A stretch of DNA of 64,000 nucleotides from Cetorhinus maximus (GCF_964194155.1 NC_135898.1:80600001-80664000), one strand, 5' to 3'. Positions 38,178 to 50,680 are shown, counted from the first letter of the stretch. Made by a program: numbers and translations. The notes: generated from the sequence alone by a model not told the origin.

Positions 38178-38192
38178 ATGACTGTTTCATAC

Positions 38193-38508
38193 CTTTGTTT
38201 TATTTGCCTCCCTCTTGGCTTCTCCGGCCATTCCACCAGACGTCACCTCAATTTGCTGCTTGCTCCTGGGCATCCCATCGAACACGTCAATGAACAGGTG
38301 CTCCTGCACAATGTTCCAAATCTGGTTGTTGTGCCTCTCCTGTAGGTGACGCTTCAGGCACTGGTATGAGTCTCTTGAGATACGCAGCACAAACTTACTG
38401 GTCCGAAAATCCAGCACTGTCTCATTACCCTGCATGTGTTCCTTCTTTGACAGCCCAGCTAGTACTCGCAGGTCGTCATGGTAATAACCTTCCTGATCGC
38501 CGTGATAC
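38193..38508 (-). CDS. TAF5: TAF5 coding exon 2
   Basis: YHGDQEGYYHDDLRVL...DFRTSKFVLRISRDSYQ; AG/GT; 316 nt. Confidence 0.96.
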
Positions 38509-38800
38509 CTGCAACCAACCAGGAAATGAGTTCAGACTGTGAAAAGTTGCAGCTGGACTTGGGGCAATCAAGGTTCCCTCTTTCATACATTCCTGAACTG
38601 TGGTTATTCAGCAAATAGCTACCAATTACTTACAGGGAAAGTTAGCCATATTCCCACACCCTCCCGCTGGGGCAAGCTGATTCCCCAATATAGAAGAAAA
38701 TAAAGTGTTAATCCACAGGATGTAAAAGACTTCAATTTCCAGCAGCCATCATCTGCAAAAAGTCATAAGCCCCTCCTTCACCAACTGTTGCCCTGAAATG

Positions 38801-39846
38801 TGCCATAAGAGCAGAAGTAGGCCATTTGGCCCATCAAGTCTGCCCCGCCATTCAGTGAGATCATGGCTGATCTGATAATCCTTAACTCCACTTTCCTGCC
38901 TTTTCCCCATGACCCTTGATTCCCTTAGTGATTAAAAATCTATCTCAGCTTTGAATATACTTAATAGCCCAGCCTCTGTGGTAAAGAATTCCACAGATTC
39001 ACTACCCTCTGAGAGAAGAAATTCCTCCTCATCTCTGTTTTTAATGGGCGACCCCTTACTTTGAGATTATGACCTCTGGTCCTAAACTCTCGCACAAGGG
39101 GAACCAATCTCTCAGCATCCACCCTGTCAAGCCTCCTAAGAATCTTATATGTTTCAATAAGGTCGCCTCTCATTATTCTAAATTCCAATGAGTACAGGCC
39201 CAACCTACTCAACCTCTCCTCATAAGAAAATCCCTGCATCCCTGGGATCAACCTAGTGAACCTTCTCTGGACTGCGGACCAAAACCGTTCACAGTATTCT
39301 AGGTGTGGTCTAACTAGTGCCTTGTATAGTTTCATGCAGAAGGGGTCTGCCCCATTAAAACTGTCAATGATACAAGAATGCTATGGTCATGGTCATGAGA
39401 AAGAGATGTTTGGGTTGCTAGGGAGGTGGGGAGGGGTCAGGGAGGGATGCCTTCAAGATGCTGGCCAAGGGGAAAAGAGAGAACCCATCTTCAAGAGAAG
39501 GGGAAATTCCTGTCAACGTGATATGTGTGAGAGAGAGTGTGTGTGTGAGCGTAATGAGACGCAGACAGGAAGGGCTTTTTTTGGGAGGAAAGTACCTGTT
39601 GATTTGGAAGGAAGGGGAAGGAAATGATGGACAGAATGTACGAGGCACAGGAACAGGAGGAGGCCATTCAGCCCTCGAGCCTGTTCCGCCGCCGTTCAAT
39701 GTATCATGATTGACCTGTGACCTAACTCCATGTACCCGCCTTTGGCCCTTCTCCCCTAATAACTTGTGAAAACAAAAATGTATTAATCTCAGATCTAAAA
39801 TTAACAACTGATCTAAGACAGCATCAATTGCTGTTTGCGGAAGAGA
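38801..39846 (-). repeat. Copy 2 of the inverted duplication
   Basis: Reverse complement of 35254-36360. Confidence 0.92.
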
Positions 39847-40203
39847 CTTCCAAACTTCTACCGCCCTGTGCATGCATGAACTGTTTCATAATTTCACTCC
39901 TGAGAGCTCTGGTTCGAATTTTTAGACTCTGCCTCCTAGTCCCGGACTCTCCAATCAGGGGAAATAGTTTCTCTCTACCCTGTCAGTTTCCCACGTTATG
40001 TTGAAGGAGTCTAAAATTCCAGGGAAAACAACTCCAGTTTGTGTAACCTCTCCTTGTAATCTAACCCTTAAGAGTCCGGGTATCATTCTAGTCAAATCCT
40101 CTGTGCCCTCTCTAGTGATGTGGAGAGCAGAGCTGGTGTGCAGTGCTCTATACAGTATTATTTTGATGATGTTATTGTGGTACTGATATTGGGAGCCCCT
40201 CAC

Positions 40204-40949
40204 TTGTGGAAGAAGTGCCGAGCTTCCCTCTCATGCTCATTATAGACCAGCTCCAGGTAAAGGTGCACGAACACCGGGTACAGCAGGGTGGACAGTTCGG
40301 CTTTGAAGGCGTCCAGCGCCGTCTCGATGAAGCCCTTGAGGCCGGTGTAATACTCCTCATACAGGCTCGGGTCTCCCTCGTTGCTATAGGCCGAGAGCAC
40401 CGAGCTAACGTCGGGCTGGTGGACCGAATCCGAGCCCCTCTGGCCGGCCGCCCTCAGCAGCGACTCGTCCAGGCTCTCCTGCAGGTTCGCCTCCTTCCGC
40501 AGGATCTCCTCGGCCTCCTTAAAGTGGTTTTTCTTCAGGAATTGCAGCACGGCCAGCAGCGTCTGCTTGTCCGGCAGCTCGGGGCTAGGCGCCGGCCCGG
40601 GGCCTGCAGCCGGAGCCGGAACCGGGCCCGGCTTGTGGTTCTCGGCCGGGCTTTCATTCGGCTCCACTTTGGGGACAAGGGTGGGGGAGGGTGTGGATGA
40701 TGGGGATGGGGCAGGAGACGGTGCAGGCCCGGGGCCTGGGGCTGGGGTTGGGGTTGGGGATGGGGTGGGGACTGGGGTAGGGCTAGGGGTAGGGGATGGG
40801 GTTGCGGCCAGGGCCGGGACTGGGACTGGGACCGGGACCGGGATCGGAACCGGAATCGAGACCGAGACTGAAGCTAGGGACGGGGCAGATGCCGCAGCCG
40901 AAGCCGGGGCCTCGCTTTGTGCCGCTGGCGGCTCCGGCACCGCCGCCAT
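40204..40949 (-). CDS. TAF5: TAF5 coding exon 1 (Pro-rich extension, LisH-like motif, start of NTD2)
   Basis: ATG at 40949 (AAAATGG); TLLAVLQFLKK and YPVFVHLYLELV motifs; donor AA|gtgagg; 746 nt. Confidence 0.93.
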
Positions 40950-41399
40950 TTTGACAACGTCTGAAATCTTCACGACACCGGACGCTCCTTATAAACAGAG
41001 GCGACTCGGTTTACGGCCGTTGGGGGCAAACCCCACCGCCGGCCCTTTACGACAGTCTGGGCAAGCTGGAAATCTGCTTTACGGAGCAGCCTCTCTTAAA
41101 GGGACAGGCCAAGGATTTGTAATCTTCATCACAAGAAGAGCCATTTCTTAAATTTAGTCGAAAACGCAATACAGTGTCTTAAGAGCCACAATGCTGTTAC
41201 TCAAATGCCAACAATGATGACAAACCAGAAAGTGAGAGTCATATTTCAACAGCATGTTGAAGGCTTCTTACAAAACAGAGTTGTTAATTGAAATATACTT
41301 TCTCACAAGTACAAAGTTAATAAAATGTTTAAAAACGAAGCAAGCCATGTAGTGATCATCAAAATGGTTCAACTGATCAAGCTCATTGTCATAGAGCCA

Positions 41400-42234
41400 C
41401 AGTGTCATAACGGTCTACGACACAGAAAAAGGCCCTTCGGCCCATCAAGTCTGTGCCGGTCAAACAAGTACCTAACTATACTAATCCCATCTTCCAGCAC
41501 TAAGCCCATAGCCTCATATGCCATGGCATGGCAAGTGAACATCCAAATACTTCTTAAATGTTATGAGGGTATCTGCCTCTACCACCCTTTCAGGCAGTGA
41601 GTTCCAGATTCCCGCCACCCTCTGGGAGAAAAAATTCTTCCTCACATCCCCTCTAAACCTCCTGCCCCTTACCTTAAATCTATGCCTCCTGGTTATTGAT
41701 CCCTCCACCAAGGGGAAAAGTTCCTTCCTGTCTACCCTATCTATGCCCCTCATAATTTTATACACCTCAATCTCCTCTGCTCCAGGGAAAATAACCCCAG
41801 TCTATACAATCTCTCCTCATAACTAAACCTCTCCAGCCCAGGCAACATCCTGGTAAATCTCCTCTGCACTCTCTCTAGTGCAATAACATTCTTCCTATAA
41901 TGCGGATTCCAGAACTGCATGCAATACTCAAGCTGTGGCATAACCAGCGTTTTATGCAGTTCCAGCATAACCTCCCTGCTCTTATATTCTATGCCTCGGC
42001 TAATAAAGGCAAGTATCCCATATGCCTTCTTCACCACCTTATCTACCTGTCCCGCTACCTTAAGGGACTGGTGGACATGTACACCAAGGTCCCTCTGATC
42101 CTCGGTACTTCCCAGGGTCCTACCATTCATCGTGTATTTCCATGCCTTGTTTGTCCTGCCCAAGTGCATCACCTCACACTTATCAGGATTAAATTCCATT
42201 TGCCACTGACCAGCCCATCTGACCAGTCCATCTA
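41400..42234 (-). mobile_element. 3' half of an outer CR1 LINE
   Basis: LDGLVRWAGQWQMEFNPDKC...LERVQRRFTRM; continues the RT at 49899-50680. Confidence 0.9.
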
Positions 42235-44834
42235 AATAGAAACATAGAAAATAGGAGCAGGAGTAGGCTATTCGGCCCTTCGAGCCTGCTCCGCCATTCA
42301 TCACGATCATGGCTGATCATCCAACTCAATAGCCTGCTCCCGCTTTCTCCCCATATCCTTTGATCCCTTTCGCCCCAAGAGCTATACCTAACTCCTTTTT
42401 GAAAACATACAATGTTTTGGCCTCAACTACTTTCTATGGTAGCAAATTCGACAGGCTCACCACTCTCTGGGTGAAGAAATTTCTCCTCATCTCAGTCCTA
42501 AATGGTCTACCCCGTGTCCTCAGACTGTGACCCCTGGTTCTGGACTCCCGCACCATCTGGAACATCCTTCCCGCATCTACCCTGTCTAGTCCTGTTAGAA
42601 TTTTATGGGCTTCTATGAGATCCCACCTCATTCTTTTGAACTCCAGCGAATATAATCCTAACCGACTCAATCTCTCCTCATATGTCAGTTCCACCATTCC
42701 AGGAATCAGTCTGGTAAACCTTCGCTGCACTTCCTCTATAGCAAGAACATCCTTCCTCAGATAAGGAGACCAAAACTGCACGCAATATTCCAGGTGTGGT
42801 CTCACCAAGGCACTGTACAATTGCAGCAAGACATTCCTGTTCCTGTACTCGAATCCTCTGGCTATGAAGGCCAACATACCATTTGCCTTCTTGACCGCCT
42901 GCTGCACCTGCATGCTTACCTTCAGCGACTGGTGTATGAGGACACCCTGGTCTCGTTGCACATTCCCCTCTCAATTTATAGCCATTCAAATAATAATATG
43001 CCTTCCTGTTTTTGCTACCAAAGTGGATAACCTCACATTTATCCACATTATACTGCATCTGCCATGCATTTGCTCACTCATTCAGCTTGTCCAAATCACA
43101 CTGAAGCATCTCTGGATCCTCCTCCCAGCTCACCCTCCCACCCAGCTTTGTGTCATCTGCAAATTTGGAGATATTACATTTAGTTCCCTCATACAAGTCA
43201 TTAATATATGTTGTGAATAACTGGGGTCCCAGCACCGAACCCTGCGATACCCCACTAGTCACTGCCTGTCATTTGGAAAAAGACCCTTTTATTCCTACTC
43301 TTTGTTTCCTGTCTGCCAACCAGTTTTCTATCCATCTGAATACCCTACCCCCAATCCCATATGCTTTAATTTTACACCCTAATCTCTTATGTGGGTCTTT
43401 GTCGAAAGCCTTCGGAAAGTCCAAATAAACCACATCCACTGGCTCCCCCTCATCAACTCTACTAGTTACATCCTTGAAAAATTCCAGTAGATTTGTCAAG
43501 CATGATTTCCTTTTCTTAAATTCATGCTGACTCTATCCGATTCTGCCACTGTTTTCCAAGTGCTCAGCTATTAACTCTTTTATAATGGACTCTCAAATTT
43601 TCCCCACTACCGACGTCAGGCTGACTGGTCTATAATTCTCTGTTTTCTCTCTGCCTCCCCTTTTAAATAATGGTGTTACATTAGCTACCCTCCAATCTGT
43701 AGGAACTGTTCCAGAGTCTATAGAATCTCGGAAGATGACCACCAATGCATCTACTATTTCTAGGGCCGCTTCCTTAAGTACTCTGGGATGTAGATTATCA
43801 GGCTCTGGGGATTTATCAGCCATCAATCCCATCAATTTCCCCAACACCATTTCCCTACTAATACTGATTTATTTCAGTTCCTCCCTCTCACTAAACCCTG
43901 TGTTCCCCAACATTCCTGGTATGTTATTAGTGTCCTCCTTTGTGAAGATAGAATCAAAGTATGTATTTAGTTGGTCAGCCATTTCTTTGTTCCCCATTAT
44001 AAATTCCCCTGTTTCTGACTGTAAGGGACACACATTTGCCTTCACCAATCTTTTTCTCTTCAGATACTTATAGAAACTTTTACAGTCAGTTTTTATGTTC
44101 CCCGCAAGCTTACTCTCGTACTCTATTTTCCCCTTCTTAAGCAATCCCTTGGTCCTCCTTTGCTGAATTCTAAAGTGCTCCCAATCCTCAGGTCTGTTGT
44201 TTTTTTTTAGCCAAATTGTATGCCTCTTCCTTGCATCTAATACTATCTCTAATTTCCTTTGTAAGCCATGGTTTGGCCACCTTTCCTGTTTTACTTTTGC
44301 GCCAGACAGGAATAAACAATTGTTGCAGTTCACCCATGCGCTCTTTGAACGTTTGCCGTTGCCTATCCACCATCATCCCTTTAAGTAATATTTCCCAATC
44401 CATCATAGCCAACTCGCGTCTCATACCATCGTAGTTTCCTTTATTAAGATTCAGGGCCCTAGTCTCAGAATCAACTACGTCACTCTCCATCTTGATGAAG
44501 AATTCTATCATATTATGGTCGCTCATCCCCAAGGGGCTTCACACAACTAGATTGCCAATTATTCCTTTCTCATTACATAATACCCAGTCTAGGATGGCCT
44601 GTTCTCTAGTTGGCTCCTCAACATATTGGTCCAGAAAAACATCCCATATACACTCCAGGAATTTCTCCTCTACAGTATTGTTACTAATTTGATTTGCCCA
44701 ATCTATATGCAGATTAAAGTCACCCATAATTACAGATGTCCCTTTATTGCATACGTCTCTAATTTCCTGTTTAATGCCATTCTCAACATCACCACTACAG
44801 TTTGGGGGTCTATATACAACCCCCACTAATGTTT

Positions 44835-47800
44835 AGATAAAAACAAAAAACTACTGCGGATGCTGGAAATCCAAAACAAAAACAGAATTACCTGGAAAAA
44901 CTCAGCAGGTCTGGCAGCATCGGCGGAGAAGAAAAGAGTTGATGTTTCGAGTCCTCATGACCCTTCAGCAGAACTGAGTAATATTAGGAGAGGGGTGAAA
45001 TATAAGCTGGTTTAAGGTGTGGGGGGGGGGGGGGGGGGGGGTGGGGGGAGGGGGGGGAGAGAAGTTGAGGGTGGGGGGGTGGTTGTAGGGACAAGCAAGC
45101 AGTGATAGGAGCAGATAATCAAAAGATGTCACAGACAAAAGGATCAAAGAGGTGTTGAAGGTGGTGATATTATCTAAGAAAAGTGCTAATTAAGAATGGA
45201 TGGCAGGACACTCAAGGTGCAGCTCTAGTGGGGGTGGGGTGGAAAGAATGACAAGGTATTAGTTGTAGATTTAAAAATAATGGAAATAGGTGGGAAAAGA
45301 AAAATCTATATAAATTATTGAAAAAAACAAAAGGGAGGGGGAAGAAACGGGGTGGGGATGGGGGGGAGGGAGTTTAAGATCTAAAGTTGTTGAATTCAAT
45401 ATTCAGCCCGGAAGGCTGTAAAGTGCCTAGTCGGAAGATGAGATGCTGTTCCTCCAGTTTGTGTTGGGCTTCACTGGAACAATGCAGCAAGCCAAGGACA
45501 GACATGTGGGCAAGAGAGCAGGGTGGAGTGTTAAAATGGCAAGCGACAGGGAGGTTTGGGTCTTTCTTGCAGACAGACCGCAGGTGTTCTGCAAAGCGGT
45601 CGCCCAGTTTGCGTTTGGTCTCTCCAATGTAGAGGAGACCGCATTGGGAGCAACGAATGCAGTAGACTAAGTTAGGGGAAATGCAAGTGAAATGCTGCTT
45701 CACTTGAAAGGAGTGTTTGGGCCCTTGGACGGCGAGGCGAGAGGAAGTGAAGGGGCAGGTGTTGCATCTTCTGCGTGGGCATGGGGAGGTGCCATAGGTG
45801 GGGGTTGAGGAGTAGGGGGTGATGGAGGAGTGGACCAGGGTGTCCCAGAGGGAAACCATTCTAATCTGTCTCTCTCTGAACTTACTGCACTCCGTTCTCT
45901 CATGTCCAACCTCAACATTGTCATTAAACCCGCTGACAAGGGTGGTGCTGTTGTTGTCTGGCGCACTGACCTCTACCTCGCGGAGGCTGAGCGTCAACTC
46001 GCAGACACTTCCTCCTACCTCTCCCTGGACCATGACTCCACCACTGAACATCAAGCCATTGTTTCCAGGACTGTCACTGACCTCATCTCCTCTGGAGATC
46101 TTCCTCCCACAGCTTCCAACCTGATAGTCGCCCAACCTCGGACGGCCCGCTTCTACCTCCTACCCAAAATCCACAAACAGGACTGTCCCGGCAGACCGAT
46201 CGTGTCAGCCTGTTCCTGCCCCACGGAACTCATTTCTCGTTATCTTGACTCCCTTCTCTCTCCCCTTGTCCAGTCCCTTCCCACCTAATTCCGTGATTCC
46301 TCTGACACCTTTCGTCACATCAACAATTTCCAGTTCCCTGGCCCCAACCACTTCCTCTTCACCATGGACGTCCAATCCCTCTACACCTCCATCCCCCAGG
46401 ATGGTCTGAGGGCCCTTAGCTTCTTCCTTGAACAGAGGCCCGAACAATCCCCATCCACCACTACTCTCCTCCGTCTGGCTGAACTTGTTCTCACACTGAA
46501 CAATTTCTCCTTTAACTCCTCTCACTTCCTCCAAATAAAAGGTGTGGCTATGGGTACCCGCATGGGCCCCAGCTATGCCTGTCTCTTTATGGGGTATGTG
46601 GATATTCCTTGTTCCAGTCCTACTCCGGCCCCCTCCCGCAACTCTTTCTCCGGTACATCGATGATTACTTCGGTGTGGCTTCATGCTCTCGTCTGGACCT
46701 GGAAAAATTTATTAATTTTGCTTCCAATCTCCACCTCTCCATCATTTTCACATGGTCCATCTCTGACACTTCCCTTCCCTTCCTTGACCTCTCTGTCTCA
46801 ATTTCTGATGATAGACTGTCCACCAATATCCATTACAAGCCTACCGACTTCCACAGCTACCTCAACTACAGCTCCTCACACCCCGCTTCCTGTAAGGACT
46901 CCATCCCATTCTCTCAGTTCCTTCGCCTCCGTCGCATCTGTTCTGATGACGCTACCTTCAAAAACAGTTCCTCTGACATGTCCTCCTTCTTCCTTAACCG
47001 AGGTTTTCCACCCACGGTCGTTGACAGGGCCCTCAACCATGTCCGGTCCATCTCCCGCGCATCCACCCTCACGCCTTCTCCTCCCTCCCAGAAACATGAT
47101 AGGATCCCCCTTGTCCTCACTTATCACCCCACCAGCCTCCGCATTCAAAGGATCAACCTCCACCATTTCCGCCAACTCCAGCATGATGCCACCACCAAAC
47201 ACATCTTCCCTTCACCCCCCCGGCGGCATTCCGTAGGGATCGTTCCCTCCGGGACACCCTGGTCCACTCCTCCATCACCCCCTACTCCTCAACCCCCACC
47301 TATGGCACCTCCCCATGCCCACGCAGAAGATGCAACACCTGCCCCTTCACTTCCTCTCTCCTCACCGTCCAAGGGCCCAAACACTCCTTTCAAGTGAAGC
47401 AGCATTTCACTTGCATTTCCCCTAACTTAGTCTACTGCATTCGTTGCTCCCAATGCGGTCTCCTCTACATTGGAGAGACCAAACGCAAACTGGGCGACCG
47501 CTTTGCAGAACACCTGCGGTCTGTCTGCAAGAATGACCCAAACCTTCCTGTCGCTTGCCATTTTAACACTCCACCCTGCTCTCTTGCCCACATGTCTGTC
47601 CTTGGCTTGCTGCATTGTTCCAGTGAAGCCCAACGCAAACTGCAGGAACAGCACCTCATCTTCCGACTAGGCACTTTACAGCCTTCCGGGCTGAATATTG
47701 AATTCAACAACTTTAGATCTTAAACTCCCTCCCCCCATCCCCACCCCGTTTCTTCCCCCTCCCTTTTGTTTTTTTCAATAATTTATATAGATTTTTCTTT

Positions 47801-48201
47801 TCCCACCTATTTCCATTATTTTTAAATCTACAACTAATACCTTGTCATTCTTTCCACCCCACCCCCACTAGAGCTGCACCTTGAGTGTCCTGCCATCCAT
47901 TCTTAATTAGCACTTTTCTTAGATAATATCACCACCTTCAACACCTCTTTGATCCTTTTGTCTGTGACATCTTTTGATTATCTGCTCCTATCACTGCTTG
48001 CTTGTCCCTACAACCACCCCCCCACTCAACTTCTCTCCCCCCCCTCCCCCCACCTTAAACCAGCTTATATTTCACCCCTCTCCTAATATTACTCAGTTCT
48101 GTTGAAGGGTCATGAGGACTCGAAACGTCAACTCTTTTCTTCTCCGCCGATGCTGCCAGACCTGCTGAGTTTTTCCAGGTAATTCTGTTTTTGTTTTGGA
48201 T
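44835..48201 (+). mobile_element. Penelope-like retroelement (RT + GIY-YIG endonuclease), 5'-truncated, with inverted pseudo-LTR
   Basis: MDVQSLYTSIP, QIKGVAMGTRMGPSYA, LRYIDDYF, VYCIRCSQCGLLYIGETKR; inverted arms 44869-45854 and 47243-48201; 14-bp TSD CCCCACTAATGTTT at 44821-44834 and 48202-48215. Confidence 0.95.
48095..48133 (+). ncRNA. Minimal type I hammerhead-ribozyme-like motif in the Penelope pseudo-LTR
   Basis: AGUU-CUGUUGA-A-GGGUC-AUGAG-GACUC-GAAA-CG-UC-AACU; helices I and II pair; core position 6 is non-canonical. Confidence 0.7.
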
Positions 48202-49898
48202 CCCCACTAATGTTTTTTGCCCCTCAGTGTTTCTCAGCTCTACCCATACAGATTCCACATAACCAGAGCTAATATCTTTCCTCATAATTGCGTTAATTTC
48301 CTCTTTAACCAGCAATGCAACTCCACCGCCTTTTCCTTTTTGCCTGTCCTTCCTAAATACTGAATACCCCTGGATGTTCAGTTCCCATCCTTGGTCACAC
48401 TGCAGCCATGTCTCCATAATCCCGACTATATCATACCTGTTTACATCTATTTGCGCGGTTAATTCATCCACTGTTTGGCTCTTGCCCTTGATTTCTCTGC
48501 CTATCACTTTACTTATTCCCCTTTCTGTCTTTTGTTCTTGTCCTTAATTCCCCTTCCTCTGACTCCTTGCATAGGTTCCCATCCCCCTGCCATTTTAGTT
48601 TAAACCCTCCTCAACCACTCTAGCACACATTCCCCTCCTTGGACATCAGTCCCAGTCCTGCCCAGGTGTAACCCAACCAGTTTGTACTGGTCTCACTTCC
48701 CCCAGAACCGGTCCCAATGTCCCAGGAATCTGAAACCCTCCCCCTCACACCATCCCTTCAGCCACGTGTTCATCCAATATATCCTGCTATTTCTACTCTG
48801 ACCAGCACATGGCACTGGTCGTAACCCTGAGATCACTACCTTTGAGGCCCTATTTTTCAACTTACTTCCTAACTCCCTATATTCTGCTTTTAGGACCTCA
48901 TCCCTTTTTTTCACCTATGTCGTTTGTACCAATGTGTACCATGACCACTGGCTTTTCACCCTCCTCCTTCAGATTGTCCTGTAGCCGCTCTGAGACATCC
49001 TTGACCCTAGAACCAGGGAGGCAACGTACCATCCTGGAGTCTCGTTTGTGGCCACAGAAATGCCTATCCATTCCCCTTACAATTGAAACCCCTATAACTA
49101 TTGCATTTCCACACTTTTAACTCCTCCCCTGTGCAGCAGAGCCAACCATGGTGCAACGAATTTGGCTGTTGCTGCTTTCCCCTGAGAGGCCATTCCCTCA
49201 ATTTTATCCAAAACAGTATATCTGTTTTGCAGGGGAATAGCCATGGGAGATTCCTGCACTGCCTGCCCAGTCCTCTTGTTCTGCCTGGTGGTCACCCATT
49301 CCCCTCCTGCCTGTGGACTCTTAGCCTGTGGTGTGATCACCTCTCTATACATGCTATCCACGATACTCTCCACCTCACGGATGCTCCACAGTGTCCCCAG
49401 CCGCTGCTCCAGCACCAGGAGCTGCAGCTGGAGACACTTCCTGCACACATCCTGGCCCCAGGCACTGGAAATGTTCCTGGCTTCCCACATAGAGCAGGAG
49501 GAGCACACCACGGCTTTGAGGTCTCCCGCCATGACTTACCCCTTTAAATTAAATTAAACCTTTTGGAAGAAACTTAATATCAAATAACATCAATTACCCT
49601 AGGTCCCTTCTTCCCTACTCCTCGTTGTTACAGAATATAGCCCTTACAAACGATGAACCACAAAATAAGACCTTAAAAACTATAAGAGATAAAAGTAATA
49701 AATACTTACCCGACTGCACTCACGGTACTCAAAGGATCAACTCGTTCCCTTCTCATCAAACTCCCAAAGCAGCACTCCAGTGCAGACTGTGATGCTGACT
49801 GCAGGATGCTCTTCCCAGACTGCTTCACAGCGATGTTGGCTGCAGAACACTCTTCCCAGACTGCTTCACAGCGATGCTGACTGCAGGGCACTCTTTGC

Positions 49899-50680
49899 CC
49901 TGCTGTAACCTAAGGCTATCCTCCTCACTATTTACCACCCCACCTATTTTTGTGTCATCTGCGAACTTACTGATCAACCCTCCTACATTCAAGTCTAAAT
50001 CATTTATATATACCACAAACAGCGAGGGATCCAACACCGATCCCTGTGGAACCCCACTGGACATGGGCATCCAGTCGCAAAAACACCCCTCGACCATCAC
50101 CCTCTGCTTCCTGCCACTCAGCCAATTCTGGATCCAATTTGCCAAATTGCCTTGGATCCCATGAGCTCTTACCTTTGTTACCAGTCTCCCATGTGGGACC
50201 TTATCAAAAGCCTTGCTGAAGTCCAAGTAGACTACGTCAAATGCATTGCCCTCATCTACACACCTGGTCACCTCTTCAAAAAATTCAATCAAATTGGTCA
50301 GACATGACCTCTCCTTAACAAAACCATGCTGACTGTCCTTGATTAATCCCTGCCTCTCCAAGTGTAGATTAATTCTGTCCCTCAGAATTACTTCCAATGG
50401 TTTCCCCACCACTGAGGTTAGACTAACTGGCCTGTAGTTCCCTGGTTTATCCCTTCCTCCCTTCCTGAATAACGGTACCACATTGGCTGCCCTCCAGTCC
50501 TTTGGCACCTCTGCTGTGGCCAGAGAGGTGTTGAAAATTATTGCCAGCGCCCCTGCTATCTCCTCCCTTGCCTCACCCAACAGCCTGGGATACATTTCAT
50601 CTGGGCCTGGGGATTTATATACTTTTAAGCCTGTCAGACCACTTAGAACCTCCTCCCTTTCTGTGCTCATTTCTTTAATT
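49899..50680 (-). mobile_element. 5' half (RT) of the outer CR1 LINE
   Basis: KSPGPD, NYRPVSLTS, LDFSKAFD, FADDTK...SLRLQQ. Confidence 0.92.

Larger units (their letters stand above)
42235..49895 (-). mobile_element. Near full-length degenerate CR1 LINE (ORF1 Cys motif + esterase, APE, RT), interrupted by the Penelope element
   Basis: VCSSCSM..VCRKC; ETWL and GVVYRPP..GDFN (APE); NYRPVSLTS, QGSVLGP, FADD; 3' microsatellite-like tail at 42235-42250. Confidence 0.92.

Noticed and set aside
40950-40973. ORF-track N-terminus MKISDVVK for TAF5
   Set aside because: Starts at GTG; the ATG at 40949 has strong Kozak context and overlaps a YY1-like CAAAATGGCG motif.
40567-41151. 194-aa Gly-rich plus-strand ORF
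   Set aside because: Antisense shadow of the repetitive TAF5 exon 1.
45374-46135. 253-aa stand-alone GIY-YIG nuclease gene
   Set aside because: Chimeric ORF reading across the Penelope inversion junction; the domain is the inverted pseudo-LTR copy.
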